From a virus (lineage: Duplodnaviria > Caudoviricetes), in the IMG/VR virus record IMGVR_UViG_3300030330_000157, positions 1 through 27,579 of that record: 27,579 nucleotides of DNA. One strand, given 5' to 3'. This document shows, in pieces, positions 1 to 9,880 of the stretch (its first letter is position 1; each line of letters starts with the position of its first letter). The notes under the pieces are model-generated. The model was not told where the DNA came from and searched no databases. It saw only the letters and a program-made list of their open reading frames with translations. The position numbers were made by a program, and so were the translations under genes.

Positions 1-93
1 AATTTACAAAATAATAATGACAAATTCAATAGCAAAAGTATAAATTTTCTGCTTTTCCCTCTATAAATAAATATAAATTATATATAAGTAGTA

Positions 94-123
94 ATAAAAA
101 AGCCACATTTAAGTGGCTCTTTT
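94..123 (-). terminator. Rho-independent terminator ending the late (structural) operon
   Basis: Minus strand AAAAGAGCCAC-TTAAAT-GTGGCTTTTTTATT: GC stem plus U-tract about 30 nt after the stop of the last tail gene; U/A tracts on both sides, so possibly bidirectional. Confidence 0.8.
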
Positions 124-153
124 ATGCTATATTTGTACTTTTTAGTGTATTGG

Positions 154-1350
154 TTAGTATGTTTCAACTAAAGTTAAGGAAGTGCTAAACATATTGTTAG
201 CCACTTGCTTGAAGGTAGGCTGATTGCTTATTCTACATAAAGCAAACTCTAAGTCTGTTGCACTTGAATCAGGGCAAAAGATAAATGGTAATTTACCATT
301 AAGTGTTAATTTAAAAAAGGAAGAAAGTGAACTATCAAAAGTATATCCTGCTTCACCTTCATCATCTGTGCCATGTGTTGTAGGATCATTCCATGTAAAA
401 AACTTGTTTTCATTACCTGCTTTGCTAAATACATTGTCATCTGCCATAAAAGACAAACTAACTTTCCATGACCTTCTGCCCATAGAACCACCTACTTTAT
501 AATCATGGCCTTCTTGTTTTTCTAATGTCCATGCAGGTAAGTTATCCCAAGATGGCTGTCCTGTGTGTTGTATATTAGTTAGTGTGCTACCACCTACAGA
601 TGTTTGTGATTTTACACCTTCATATGATGTAGATAATGTAGCTTGTAGATCAAATGCAAATTCAGGTTCAAAGTATCTTCCAAAAGTAAAAGCACCTATA
701 TTTACTGTAGGATTATCTGTTTCAATGTCTTGCAAAGATTCATTTGTGTTTAAATTTTCTTCATTTTGGTTTGATTCTTGTTTAGTTATAACCATTTTTA
801 TACTACCAAATACATAAGGGTCATCATCTTTTGGCATAGTTGCTATTTCCCATAAAGAATAACCATTATACTCAGGCTTTATCTTATTTTTTGCTACTAT
901 ATCTGAGTTTACTATTTCTGTAAAATCAAGAGCATTTGCAGATGTGTTGTTTGAATTACCCTGTGAATCTAAATAATTACCTGAATAAAGAAGCCTTACA
1001 CCTTCTATTGTGTTTCCATTAGGGTCTTTTAATGTTCCTAAATTATGATTTAATATACCTGCAAAGTTTGTTTGTGATAGCAACTGTGATAACTCCATGT
1101 TTTTTTCAGTTAAAGGAAAACTTGCAGAACTATCTCCTGAAACAGTAAACCCAAAATTATATCCATTAAAACTATGATTGATTTCATATTTATTAGTATG
1201 CACTGGGTTCATATTCCATAAGTTTGATATTTTAGTTCCATTACCACCTAATATGCCACCTGAACTTGAACCTGTATAATATCCTAAAACTTTTAAATAG
1301 CTTGGGAAATCTGCATAAAATCTTGGTTTTCCTACACTCCTTTTTGCCAT
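154..1350 (-). CDS. Tail-tip structural protein, possibly distal-tail (Dit)-like
   Basis: 398 aa, last gene of the tail module, RBS AGGAG. The C-terminal pattern GRRSWKVSLSF...LPFIFCPD...FALCRI...FSTSLTLVE resembles the Dit/tail-tube-like fold (by eye). Confidence 0.5.
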   Translation of the reverse strand: MAKRSVGKPRFYADFPSYLKVLGYYTGSSSGGILGGNGTKISNLWNMNPVHTNKYEINHSFNGYNFGFTVSGDSSASFPLTEKNMELSQLLSQTNFAGILNHNLGTLKDPNGNTIEGVRLLYSGNYLDSQGNSNNTSANALDFTEIVNSDIVAKNKIKPEYNGYSLWEIATMPKDDDPYVFGSIKMVITKQESNQNEENLNTNESLQDIETDNPTVNIGAFTFGRYFEPEFAFDLQATLSTSYEGVKSQTSVGGSTLTNIQHTGQPSWDNLPAWTLEKQEGHDYKVGGSMGRRSWKVSLSFMADDNVFSKAGNENKFFTWNDPTTHGTDDEGEAGYTFDSSLSSFFKLTLNGKLPFIFCPDSSATDLEFALCRISNQPTFKQVANNMFSTSLTLVETY

Positions 1351-1359
1351 CTTAAACTC

Positions 1360-1782
1360 CTAAATAATTGATTTGTTAATTTTTCTTGTTATAATTTTTT
1401 CTGTTTCTATTTCTTCAGGTTTTCTTCCATCTGAACCAAATGTTCCAAAATTAATATTCCATTTATCTTGATTTACATTTAATACTTTAGCTGTTTTTAA
1501 ATTACCTTCCCAATCTGAATAGCTGCAACTTTGTATTTCTAATTCACCAATATAAGTAAACAAAAGATTGGTTATTTCTTTTTTAGCCATACTATAAATA
1601 AGTATTTTGTTTTTGCTTATTTTAATAGTCCAACCATCAGGTAATTTTTTAACACCTTGTATAGCACCTAAATAATCTATTTCTAATCCTGCAATTTCAC
1701 CATTACTTTCTATTTCAACACTACCTTTGCCATAAAGCAAAGATACACTTGATGCTTTAGGTTTTTTTAATATATCATTCAT
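1360..1782 (-). CDS. Cohesin-like beta-sandwich virion protein
   Basis: 140 aa, beta-rich pattern VEIESNGEIAGLEIDY...GWTIKIS..KILIYS....I...LFTY.G.LEI....SDWEG reminiscent of cohesin-type domains; start overlaps the stop of the dockerin-bearing gene (ATGAATGA). Confidence 0.5.
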   Translation of the reverse strand: MNDILKKPKASSVSLLYGKGSVEIESNGEIAGLEIDYLGAIQGVKKLPDGWTIKISKNKILIYSMAKKEITNLLFTYIGELEIQSCSYSDWEGNLKTAKVLNVNQDKWNINFGTFGSDGRKPEEIETEKIITRKINKSII

Positions 1783-4267
1783 TTTCTATACCTAATATTT
1801 TATTTACAAGTAATACTACATCATTAACTCTTATTTGTCCATCATTGTTCATATCTGCATTTTGTAATGCTTGACCTGTCAAAGTAGAATCTCCAAGTAT
1901 GTGATTCACCATTAAGACTATATCACCAACCTCAGCAGAACCATTTAAATTAACATCACCTTTCAATGATTGTGTTTCCATATCTTCTTGTGTATAAGAT
2001 GTAGATTCATAATTATAAATATTATTTTTATATTCAAGAGAACTGTCTTGCATGTGATGTAGTTGTATAGCTTCTAATTTTACATTGTTAAGGCTTTTTT
2101 GTGTTTTAGTTATCATAAATACTGGCAATATATACTGACCACATCTTATTGGCATATCATCAGGTGTATCTATAACATACTTTTCATTATATATTTTTCT
2201 TCCTAAAATCATCTTGTTAAAATCTATTATATCTCCAATCTCTAAATTAAAATATTTAATTGGTAATGTTAAAGAAACTATGTTGTGTTGGTTGCAATTC
2301 CATAACAATAAGTATTGTGCCAATTCTAAGGCAGTTTGTAAATCTCTTATATATTTACTCTCATAAGTTAAAAAAGTGTCTATATGGTCTATTTTTTGGC
2401 TTATTTCATCTGTTTTAATGCCATAGTAGTTTATATCTTTTAAGTTTCCATCTAAAAAGTCTTTTTGTGTGCCACTTTTAAAGTATTTATTTGATAATAC
2501 AGATTCATTTATTTTAACTAACCCTGTACTGTTTTTGTATTTTTCTAAACCATAATCCCAATTATATTTTATTTCTACTTGTGTTTTAATATCTTTTAAA
2601 GGTGTTCTGCTAAACTTATAGTTAATTACATCATCAGAATCAATAGTTGATATTTGTTCATTACCATTGTATGTGTTATTTATTGTAATAAATTTTAACA
2701 GATTGTTTGATAAAGTAACAAAAGACTTACTTGATTGCATAATCTCTTGTAGTAGTTGTTTGCTTTCAATAGCTTCATTTACAGAAAAACCTAATTTATA
2801 ATTACTATGTGCTATTCTTGAATTTTCTAAAGATATTTGATCTACATCTTTATCATAGCCCAACTCATTCTCAAGCATATGATAAACAATGTCTGATGGT
2901 TTTTCAATTAAAGTTATTTCTGATGGATTGTATTCTGATACAGGTGTTTCATAAATAGTATAGTGATACATATATGCTGTTTCTAAAAAATCCCATTTGC
3001 TTTCAATGTTTAATAAATTAAATTGGTCATCAGCATTAATATCTAAATCATTATCAAATGGTGAACTGTCAAAATTGTTTGACCTTATAAAAATAGCATA
3101 GGTATCTGTTTGACCACCAAACCCTGTATCTGCTACATATTCAAAATCTATATCTTTTGTTTCACCTCTTGATATTTCAAAAGCACATCCATAATTATAT
3201 ATTTGCACAGAAGAATCAATTATATTTAATGTTCCATATTGTGCTGCAACACTATCCTCAAGTTCTCCATACCAATTAAGAGAATCTCCTATAACAGATT
3301 TAGCTTGTTCAAGATTTGTTTTATCTAACAAAAATAGTTCTACTATACCTGCATAGTCATTTGATTGTATTGTGACAGTACCTGTAACAGTTTCACCTTG
3401 TGCTACTATAGAAGGAACATTAAGATTTGTAATATTAGAAGTTAAATCTAAGTAGTCATCATAAGTTTTATAAGGTATTGATAAATAAATTTTTGGGTTT
3501 CCTTCAATATTTACATTAGCAATATCTGCTGGGTTAATTGTAACTGGAATTTGATTTTGAAAACCTCCCCATCTACTAACAAATAATTCAATATTTAAAC
3601 AAATATTATGATTTTCAGGCAAATCTAAAGAGGGTCTATCATACTTACTAACCCAAGCTGCTGCTGTGTCACCTTGTTGACCCCAAAAATTTGGATAAGA
3701 TGGTAAATTGAAATTGTTTAAAATAGAATTTGCATTTGTAATACCATAAATTTCAGGATGGTATGGCTCTTGCCACATAAAATATTCTTGTACTACTGTT
3801 GAAGTTCCACCACCTAAAACAAATAAAAATTCAGGGCTAATAGTAACACTAATTGAAAAATCTTCTACTTCCCATTTAGCATTAGGGAAAATTGTTACTG
3901 CCTCACCCCCCCATATACCTGCCTGTCTGACATATTCCATTCTATATGGCATTAAATCAGTTCTTGAAGTAGCACCTATACCACCACCTAAATTTTGCCA
4001 TTCTAAAGAATTATAATTTTCTCCTGCTGTCCAAAATTCATCCCAATCAAAATATTCATAACCAAAGCCCATACTTGTAAATATTTTTTTTGTTGCTATA
4101 TAATTCATTTGACCTGCTACATAAGTAGGATTATTTACAATATCACTTAAAACTGAACCTGAAACATCAGTAGCAAGTTCTGATCCATCTGCTCTTTCAA
4201 TTATAATTTCAAAAGGTAATTGTGGAGAAATGAAGTTATATTTTGGTTTCCATATTATTGCAGACAT
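1775..4267 (-). CDS. Tail tip/hub protein with C-terminal type I dockerin domain
   Basis: 830 aa in the tail module. IEKPSDIVYHML...LEIGDIIDF is a hub/central-tail-like segment; the C-terminus is GDVNLNGSAEVGDIVLMVNHILG...ADMNNDGQIRVNDVVLLVNKILG. Confidence 0.7.
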   Translation of the reverse strand: MSAIIWKPKYNFISPQLPFEIIIERADGSELATDVSGSVLSDIVNNPTYVAGQMNYIATKKIFTSMGFGYEYFDWDEFWTAGENYNSLEWQNLGGGIGATSRTDLMPYRMEYVRQAGIWGGEAVTIFPNAKWEVEDFSISVTISPEFLFVLGGGTSTVVQEYFMWQEPYHPEIYGITNANSILNNFNLPSYPNFWGQQGDTAAAWVSKYDRPSLDLPENHNICLNIELFVSRWGGFQNQIPVTINPADIANVNIEGNPKIYLSIPYKTYDDYLDLTSNITNLNVPSIVAQGETVTGTVTIQSNDYAGIVELFLLDKTNLEQAKSVIGDSLNWYGELEDSVAAQYGTLNIIDSSVQIYNYGCAFEISRGETKDIDFEYVADTGFGGQTDTYAIFIRSNNFDSSPFDNDLDINADDQFNLLNIESKWDFLETAYMYHYTIYETPVSEYNPSEITLIEKPSDIVYHMLENELGYDKDVDQISLENSRIAHSNYKLGFSVNEAIESKQLLQEIMQSSKSFVTLSNNLLKFITINNTYNGNEQISTIDSDDVINYKFSRTPLKDIKTQVEIKYNWDYGLEKYKNSTGLVKINESVLSNKYFKSGTQKDFLDGNLKDINYYGIKTDEISQKIDHIDTFLTYESKYIRDLQTALELAQYLLLWNCNQHNIVSLTLPIKYFNLEIGDIIDFNKMILGRKIYNEKYVIDTPDDMPIRCGQYILPVFMITKTQKSLNNVKLEAIQLHHMQDSSLEYKNNIYNYESTSYTQEDMETQSLKGDVNLNGSAEVGDIVLMVNHILGDSTLTGQALQNADMNNDGQIRVNDVVLLVNKILGIENE
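1787..1963 (-). other. Dockerin type I domain (duplicated Ca-binding loop-helix repeat)
   Basis: Two DxNxxGxxxxxD loops (DVNLNGSAEVGD, DMNNDGQIRVND), each followed by a helix ending in V-N-x-I-L-G, with the canonical G-D-V-N start and A-D-x-N second repeat. Confidence 0.88.
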
Positions 4268-6120
4268 TAGTAGCTACCTTTTATTGATTTTTTAATTTTA
4301 ACTTTTGGAGCAATTCTTTTTTTAGGTTTGACTTTAGGTTTTACTAAAGGTTTTCTAACTGGCCTTCTTACAGGTGTTTGTCTTCTTTGCTCTACTATTG
4401 GCACATCTAAAGTGCCTACTCTTAATTCAAATTGTAATTGTGGTGAAGATGTATATCTTCCATCAATAGTATCAACCCTGCCTTCTGTATAAGCATAAAT
4501 ATCATGGTTTAAAAAATCATTTAAAATTACACTTCTTCTTAAAGATAAAGATGATATTTTAATGTAATTCACTATACCTGATTGCTCTTTCATCAATTCA
4601 AACTCACCATTATCAAATTCTCTTAAACCAATAACAGCTTTATTATGTGATATGTTTTTAGTATTTACACCATAATTTAAATATTGGTCTGCTAATTCTT
4701 CTTGTGCTGTCTGTAATACATAAGGCTCATCTATTGTTCCTGCATCTTTAATAAATCTTGCCATATAGAAAAACTCTGCTGTGTTATCAATCCATTGAAA
4801 GTTAAGCTTTGGTAATATATTTAAATCACCATCTGTTCCTGATTTAACTTCTTCTACTTTAGCAGTAATATTTCTAACAGGATTTAATTCATAGTTTACT
4901 TGTTTTGTATCATCAAATAATTTGTTTTTAAATTCTTTTACTATTGTAGAACTATTATAAAATTTTGATGCTTCAAGATTAATTATAGTTTCACCTTCTA
5001 ATTTTGCATAATCATCATCATACACTTTATTTTCACCATAGAACCATTTTTCAAATGGCATTTCTATATTACCTTCTAAAGAACTAAAATCTTTTACCAT
5101 AAGATAAACTGGATTTTCTTCATTAATATTTGTTGCTACAGTTTGATTTTCAAAGTGTACTGTGCCTTCAGGATTAGCAAAAGCTAACACATTTGTTGTA
5201 GCAGTTTTTTCAATTTCATTATTACCTTTCTTTAAAAACTTTAGTGTGTATGTGCTATTGTTTAATGTTAATGATGAATTTGTTTCTACCTCAACAAAAC
5301 CATATCCTATTGGTGTGGTTGAATAATTTTGATTACCAAATGACACAGATTCTTTTGTAAAAAATATAGTATTACCAAGAACCATGTGTTGATTTTTATC
5401 ACCTGATTCATAAATTGTACCACTCTTTGCACCATCAAAAATGTCTGCATCTTCTTTTATCTCACCATACACATCATCTGCAAACACATAAGGTATTGTA
5501 ATTTGTTTTACAAAAAACTTATCAGGAGTAACTAAATAGTATTTGCTACCCATTTGTGTGCCTGTGCCATATATATCATAATAAACACAAGGTGCTTTAT
5601 CTACAACACCATATACAAAAGGTATTCTTGCATTGTTATATCTATCAGGTATATTAGTGTTTTCAGGTACATACTCTATAGGCAGTTCTTTGTCTAATGT
5701 TTGCTCTGAATTATCTTCAATGTCTATATTTATAAAGTCTATGTTTTGTTCTATGCTTTTAACATATCCTGAAAAAACATTTAAACAATCATCTAATGTT
5801 TCTGCTGATTGTGACTTATAATATACATCTATCTGTTTATTCATTATTTCATCACTTAAAAGTTTATCAGATAAATACTCATTATTATAATTATAATCTA
5901 TTAACTGCATCCTAACACTTGATATTTGAAACTTTTTATCTTTGACATCTATTGATTCTTTAATGTTGCCTAATGATTTAATTAATGGATCATAATGTTG
6001 ATTGTCTAATGTAAGTTTATTTGTTGATAGGTATGTTGAATTGTTAATAACTACAAGAGGTACTAAATGTGTAGTCTTTCCTTGTATATCTCTTTCAAAT
6101 ATTTCAGGTAGCTGTAACAT
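4267..6120 (-). CDS. Tail tip protein (baseplate-hub N-terminal-like) with Lys/Arg/Pro-rich C-terminal tail
   Basis: 617 aa directly after the tape measure gene; VFSGYVKSI...IDIED and RIPFVYG motifs resemble siphophage tail-tip proteins. Confidence 0.55.
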   Translation of the reverse strand: MLQLPEIFERDIQGKTTHLVPLVVINNSTYLSTNKLTLDNQHYDPLIKSLGNIKESIDVKDKKFQISSVRMQLIDYNYNNEYLSDKLLSDEIMNKQIDVYYKSQSAETLDDCLNVFSGYVKSIEQNIDFINIDIEDNSEQTLDKELPIEYVPENTNIPDRYNNARIPFVYGVVDKAPCVYYDIYGTGTQMGSKYYLVTPDKFFVKQITIPYVFADDVYGEIKEDADIFDGAKSGTIYESGDKNQHMVLGNTIFFTKESVSFGNQNYSTTPIGYGFVEVETNSSLTLNNSTYTLKFLKKGNNEIEKTATTNVLAFANPEGTVHFENQTVATNINEENPVYLMVKDFSSLEGNIEMPFEKWFYGENKVYDDDYAKLEGETIINLEASKFYNSSTIVKEFKNKLFDDTKQVNYELNPVRNITAKVEEVKSGTDGDLNILPKLNFQWIDNTAEFFYMARFIKDAGTIDEPYVLQTAQEELADQYLNYGVNTKNISHNKAVIGLREFDNGEFELMKEQSGIVNYIKISSLSLRRSVILNDFLNHDIYAYTEGRVDTIDGRYTSSPQLQFELRVGTLDVPIVEQRRQTPVRRPVRKPLVKPKVKPKKRIAPKVKIKKSIKGSY

Positions 6121-7880
6121 TAACTAATTCCTAAATCTCCACCTTTTCTTAATGCTTCTTTGATCATAGGCACAGCTTCATTTTCTATAAAGTCATTAGA
6201 TAATACATTACCTTGAAACACAACTGTTGCACCACCCATTCCTGCACCCTCATTCTGTGTAGGTTCTATATTAACATACTCTGCACCTTCTTCACCAGCA
6301 AGTATAAGTGTAGGCTCTGTAACTACTTCATTCATGCCTTCTGCTGCTGCTATTCCTTTAACTGATTGTGCAAGGTTTTTACCAAAAACTGCTGAACCTG
6401 CTGCAACTGCTAATCCACCAAAGAAACCAACTTCACCAAAAGCTTTAGCTATCATTTGTGCAACTGCTTCTTGTATTTTAGCTGTAATAAATACTGCTGA
6501 TGCTGATTTAGCTGCATCTGCTGCTGTTTTTTGAGATGCACCTATAGCTATAGCTGATTTTATACTATTTTTATCAAGCTTTTCTTTAGTTGTTAAACTG
6601 CCAACTAAATCATTTATTGCACTTTTTATTTTAGATGTTTGCTTTATATCTTTTTCTTGATTTTCATTTTTTTCATTACTAAGCCCAGCTTGTCTTTCTT
6701 CAAGCAATAATAACTGTTCTCTTAATAACTTTAATTCTTCAAGCTGTTTAATTTCTTCTAAAGTTAATTCTCTTTCTTGTTCTTTTTGTTTTATAATTCT
6801 ATCAAGATTTTCTATTTCTTGTTGTTCTGTGCTTCCTAAATCTTCAAAAGCTGCATTTAAAAAAGGAACAGCAATTCCTAAACCACTCATAGAAGCCATT
6901 AATTTTGTAACACCATTTTCTATTTTTGTCACAGGTTCTATACCTTGCTCAAATAGTTCACCTTTTCTTATTTCTGATTCAATTATTTTGTCATTAGCAT
7001 CTTTTAATTTTTTTTGCAAATCTTCTGAACTTGATATTTGAGCAGTATCTGCTTCTAATTTAGCTATTTTAGATTTTGTGTTTGCAATCTCTAAATGTGT
7101 TGTTTCTAAACCCAATTCTTGCATTACTCTAATTTGTTTTTCAAATGGTGTTTCAGTAAAAATAGATAAAAATTCTTGTGCTTCTCTTGCTGCATTTCCA
7201 AGAGCCTGTGCAAGTAGAGTAACTACAGGTGAAAATATTTCTCCAATAGCTTCAGCTGTATCACCTAAAGTGTTTGTCATTTGGTCTAATGAGCCTGTTA
7301 ATGTTCCTACTTCTTCTTCAGCAGTTCCTCTAAACTGTTCTCTGATAAACTTAATACCTTCACCAGCCTTTAATTGTTCAGCTGTTAATTCTTTAAATGC
7401 TGCTGGTAATTTTTCACCTAACTCACCTTGCATACCACTTAATGTTTTTGTAGTATTCATTACTGCACTTTCAAGTGATATACCCATAGCTGCTGCTAAA
7501 TCAACTGATGCTTCTATTATTTCTTTTGTTTGGTCTGTAGAAACACCTAAAGACTTAACATAAGCTTGTTGTGCTATAATTGCTTCATCACCAAATCTTG
7601 TATTTTGCTGTAATGCTTTTGCTTGCCTTATAAGTTCATCAGTAGCATCTCCTGCTGCAAATCTTAATTTTCTTTCTGCAAGTTCTTGTTGTGCAAATGC
7701 AGCTGTAGCTGATTTAACACCTGCTATTAATCCTTGTGCTGTAAAATATGCTGCACCTGCTGCTAATGCAGATTTAGCAAGGTTTTTTATTCCACTTGCT
7801 ACTTTATTAGCACCCTTATTAGCTTTATTAGCACCATCTAATTGTACTTTAATTTTTTGAGTAAATGTATTTGCTGCCAT
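6120..7880 (-). CDS. Tail tape measure protein
   Basis: 586 aa, Ala/Gly-rich helical and coiled-coil; TMP-like core (TRFGDEAII..Q...IIEASVDLAAAMG.SLESA) and C-terminal AGEEGAEYV motif; follows the tail chaperones. Confidence 0.88.
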   Translation of the reverse strand: MAANTFTQKIKVQLDGANKANKGANKVASGIKNLAKSALAAGAAYFTAQGLIAGVKSATAAFAQQELAERKLRFAAGDATDELIRQAKALQQNTRFGDEAIIAQQAYVKSLGVSTDQTKEIIEASVDLAAAMGISLESAVMNTTKTLSGMQGELGEKLPAAFKELTAEQLKAGEGIKFIREQFRGTAEEEVGTLTGSLDQMTNTLGDTAEAIGEIFSPVVTLLAQALGNAAREAQEFLSIFTETPFEKQIRVMQELGLETTHLEIANTKSKIAKLEADTAQISSSEDLQKKLKDANDKIIESEIRKGELFEQGIEPVTKIENGVTKLMASMSGLGIAVPFLNAAFEDLGSTEQQEIENLDRIIKQKEQERELTLEEIKQLEELKLLREQLLLLEERQAGLSNEKNENQEKDIKQTSKIKSAINDLVGSLTTKEKLDKNSIKSAIAIGASQKTAADAAKSASAVFITAKIQEAVAQMIAKAFGEVGFFGGLAVAAGSAVFGKNLAQSVKGIAAAEGMNEVVTEPTLILAGEEGAEYVNIEPTQNEGAGMGGATVVFQGNVLSNDFIENEAVPMIKEALRKGGDLGIS

Positions 7881-8252
7881 CTAATCCTCTTTAGTTGCTT
7901 TTTTAATTTCTTTTTTTATAAGTAGAAAGTCATCTACCATATCTGCTGGTGTTTCTTGTAAGCTTGGGTAAGGTGGACAATTAAAGGTGTCACAAAAAAT
8001 ATATTTCTTAATAAGGTTTTGAGCATCTGAATCATATACATGTGTTGGATCTGCAAAGAAAAAGAATTGATTATATAATGCTTCACCTGTATCATAACCT
8101 TTTTGTTTTGCTTCATCATAACAATCCATTAACATCCCATTTATTTGTTGCATATTTTCTATAACTACACTTTCTTGTGTAACAGGATTTAAAGCTTGAT
8201 AAGGAAACTCTTTTTTATGTTGTGTTGATGGTTGCTTAACTGCTAACCACAC
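7881..8252 (-). CDS. Tail assembly chaperone, frameshifted C-terminal part (lambda gpT-like)
   Basis: Lies between the small chaperone and the TMP, has no convincing RBS of its own, and is open in the -1 frame back to the A9 run at 8279-8287. Confidence 0.65.
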   Translation of the reverse strand: MWLAVKQPSTQHKKEFPYQALNPVTQESVVIENMQQINGMLMDCYDEAKQKGYDTGEALYNQFFFFADPTHVYDSDAQNLIKKYIFCDTFNCPPYPSLQETPADMVDDFLLIKKEIKKATKED

Positions 8253-8266
8253 ATTCAGAATTAAAT

Positions 8267-8536
8267 TTATTTCTGAAATTTTTTTTTATTTACAACTTCA
8301 TAACATCTGTTTGCTATTGCTATTATTTCAGTATCAGTAAACTTATTTATATCTTCATCAATTAAAGTAGTTGCTACTCTAACCATCTTAACAAAATCAC
8401 CAAAACCTATATTAGCTATCCCACCACTTTTAGTTATAATGTTGTTAAACTCTATCCTTTCATCAAGGTTTAAATCCTTAACATCAAATGTAATTTCTTT
8501 TACATTTTCACCTTTTATTTTAGCATTTTTTGACAT
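8267..8536 (-). CDS. Tail assembly chaperone (lambda gpG-like)
   Basis: 89 aa after the tail tube gene, RBS GGAG, ends in AAT AAA AAA AAA TTT CAG AAA TAA slippery run. Confidence 0.7.
   Translation of the reverse strand: MSKNAKIKGENVKEITFDVKDLNLDERIEFNNIITKSGGIANIGFGDFVKMVRVATTLIDEDINKFTDTEIIAIANRCYEVVNKKKFQK
8279..8287 (-). promoter_or_regulatory. Programmed -1 ribosomal frameshift site (A AAA AAA)
   Basis: A -1 slip on the A9 run gives ...VVNKKK-ISEINLILNVWLAVKQ, in frame with ORF 7881..8252; canonical position just before the TMP gene. Confidence 0.75.
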
Positions 8537-8581
8537 ATTTAATCTCCATTTAGTATGCTAATATACTAAACAAAGTATTTT

Positions 8582-9682
8582 TTACCAAGCTGATTGAGAT
8601 TCACCTACAAACTGTTTTACTAAAAAAGCTTCAGTAGAACCATTTTGTACACACTCAAAAGCTAAGTTGTGAAATATTCCATTTTCACTTATGTCTTGTG
8701 CAGGATCACCAGTATATTGTATTTCTGCTAATATATTCATTTCTCCTGCTGCTGCTGTGCTTTCTACATCACCCCATTTTAATGCAAGTGACATTGTATC
8801 ACCATCAAGAAAGTCTTGTATTACATTGTTTCCACTACCATAATCAAACTCATCATCATATTTAATAGATATGTTACCTGTAATTACATACTCAGGAAGT
8901 GCATAAGCTTCTGCATTACCATTTGCATTAAATCCTAATCTATTAACTCCATTAGATATGTTAAAGTTAAATGATTTCAGAACAAGATTCTGTGTTGCAT
9001 TACCTTCAACATCAAGTGTTTTAGTTGTCAATCCACCAATGTGATAATATGAACTGCTTGGTGCTGTCCAGTTAGCTATAGTGAAATCAGTTTCTAAAGC
9101 TGTGCTTGTTGATTCAGTTTTACTAAACCCTGAAAAATAATTACCACTCATTGTTAGGAAACCACCATTTGTTCCATAATCTGCTGATATGTTTAAATCA
9201 GAACAAACTGCTCCACATATTCTAATGCCTTCACTTGCAGCTGGGTAGTAAGCTATGTTTACACTATGTGGTACATTCCCACTTGTTGCTCCACCTACAG
9301 ATTTAGCATTACTTGAACCATCAAATTCAGTTTGATGAACTTCACTTCCACCACTTCCTGATTCACTATGTTCTTGACCTACTAAACACAAATGTTGTGA
9401 TAATAATTCAGGTGTTGCTATCATATCAAAAGGCATAGTAACTGTACCACCTTTTTGACTAATTATAGTATCACCAGCAGCTTTTACACTACCTTTACCT
9501 GATAATAATCTTGATTCCCTTGTAATGTTAAATGTAGGTTTCTGAACTTGCACTATAGGAAGTTGTCTATATGCAGTACCATCAGCACCACTATTATCTA
9601 AACCAACTCCAAAATTTCCATCAGTTTCAGCTTTTATCCCTGCTTTTACATCACTTATAGGGAGAACTCTTGCATCTGCCAT
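8582..9682 (-). CDS. Major tail tube protein
   Basis: 366 aa, Gly/Ser/Thr-rich, between the tail terminator-like gene and the chaperones; C-terminal SFNFNISNG...ITGNISIKYD pattern typical of tail tube proteins. Confidence 0.75.
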   Translation of the reverse strand: MADARVLPISDVKAGIKAETDGNFGVGLDNSGADGTAYRQLPIVQVQKPTFNITRESRLLSGKGSVKAAGDTIISQKGGTVTMPFDMIATPELLSQHLCLVGQEHSESGSGGSEVHQTEFDGSSNAKSVGGATSGNVPHSVNIAYYPAASEGIRICGAVCSDLNISADYGTNGGFLTMSGNYFSGFSKTESTSTALETDFTIANWTAPSSSYYHIGGLTTKTLDVEGNATQNLVLKSFNFNISNGVNRLGFNANGNAEAYALPEYVITGNISIKYDDEFDYGSGNNVIQDFLDGDTMSLALKWGDVESTAAAGEMNILAEIQYTGDPAQDISENGIFHNLAFECVQNGSTEAFLVKQFVGESQSAW

Positions 9683-9873
9683 TATTTTTTCTCCTTAACT
9701 TTACTTTGTTTTTTATTTAGTTTCTCAACAATATTCATAGCTAATAACTTATCAGCTAATTCTTTGTTAATATCAACAGCTTCACCTTTAGCTAATGCTT
9801 TTCTTTCTGCTACAGAGCAGGGTATTGCTTGTGGACTTACATTGTTGAATTTATCATTTGCTTTTACTTTCAT
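9682..9873 (-). CDS. Small hypothetical protein
   Basis: 63 aa, RBS AGGAG, TAATG coupling to the tail tube gene. Confidence 0.65.
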   Translation of the reverse strand: MKVKANDKFNNVSPQAIPCSVAERKALAKGEAVDINKELADKLLAMNIVEKLNKKQSKVKEKK

Positions 9874-9880
9874 ATTTCTC

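Noticed and set aside
1331-1339. CCTACACTC in the loop of the 25237-25308 hairpin is complementary to codons 4-7 of the 398-aa tail gene
   Set aside because: A single 9-nt match found among many comparisons is compatible with chance
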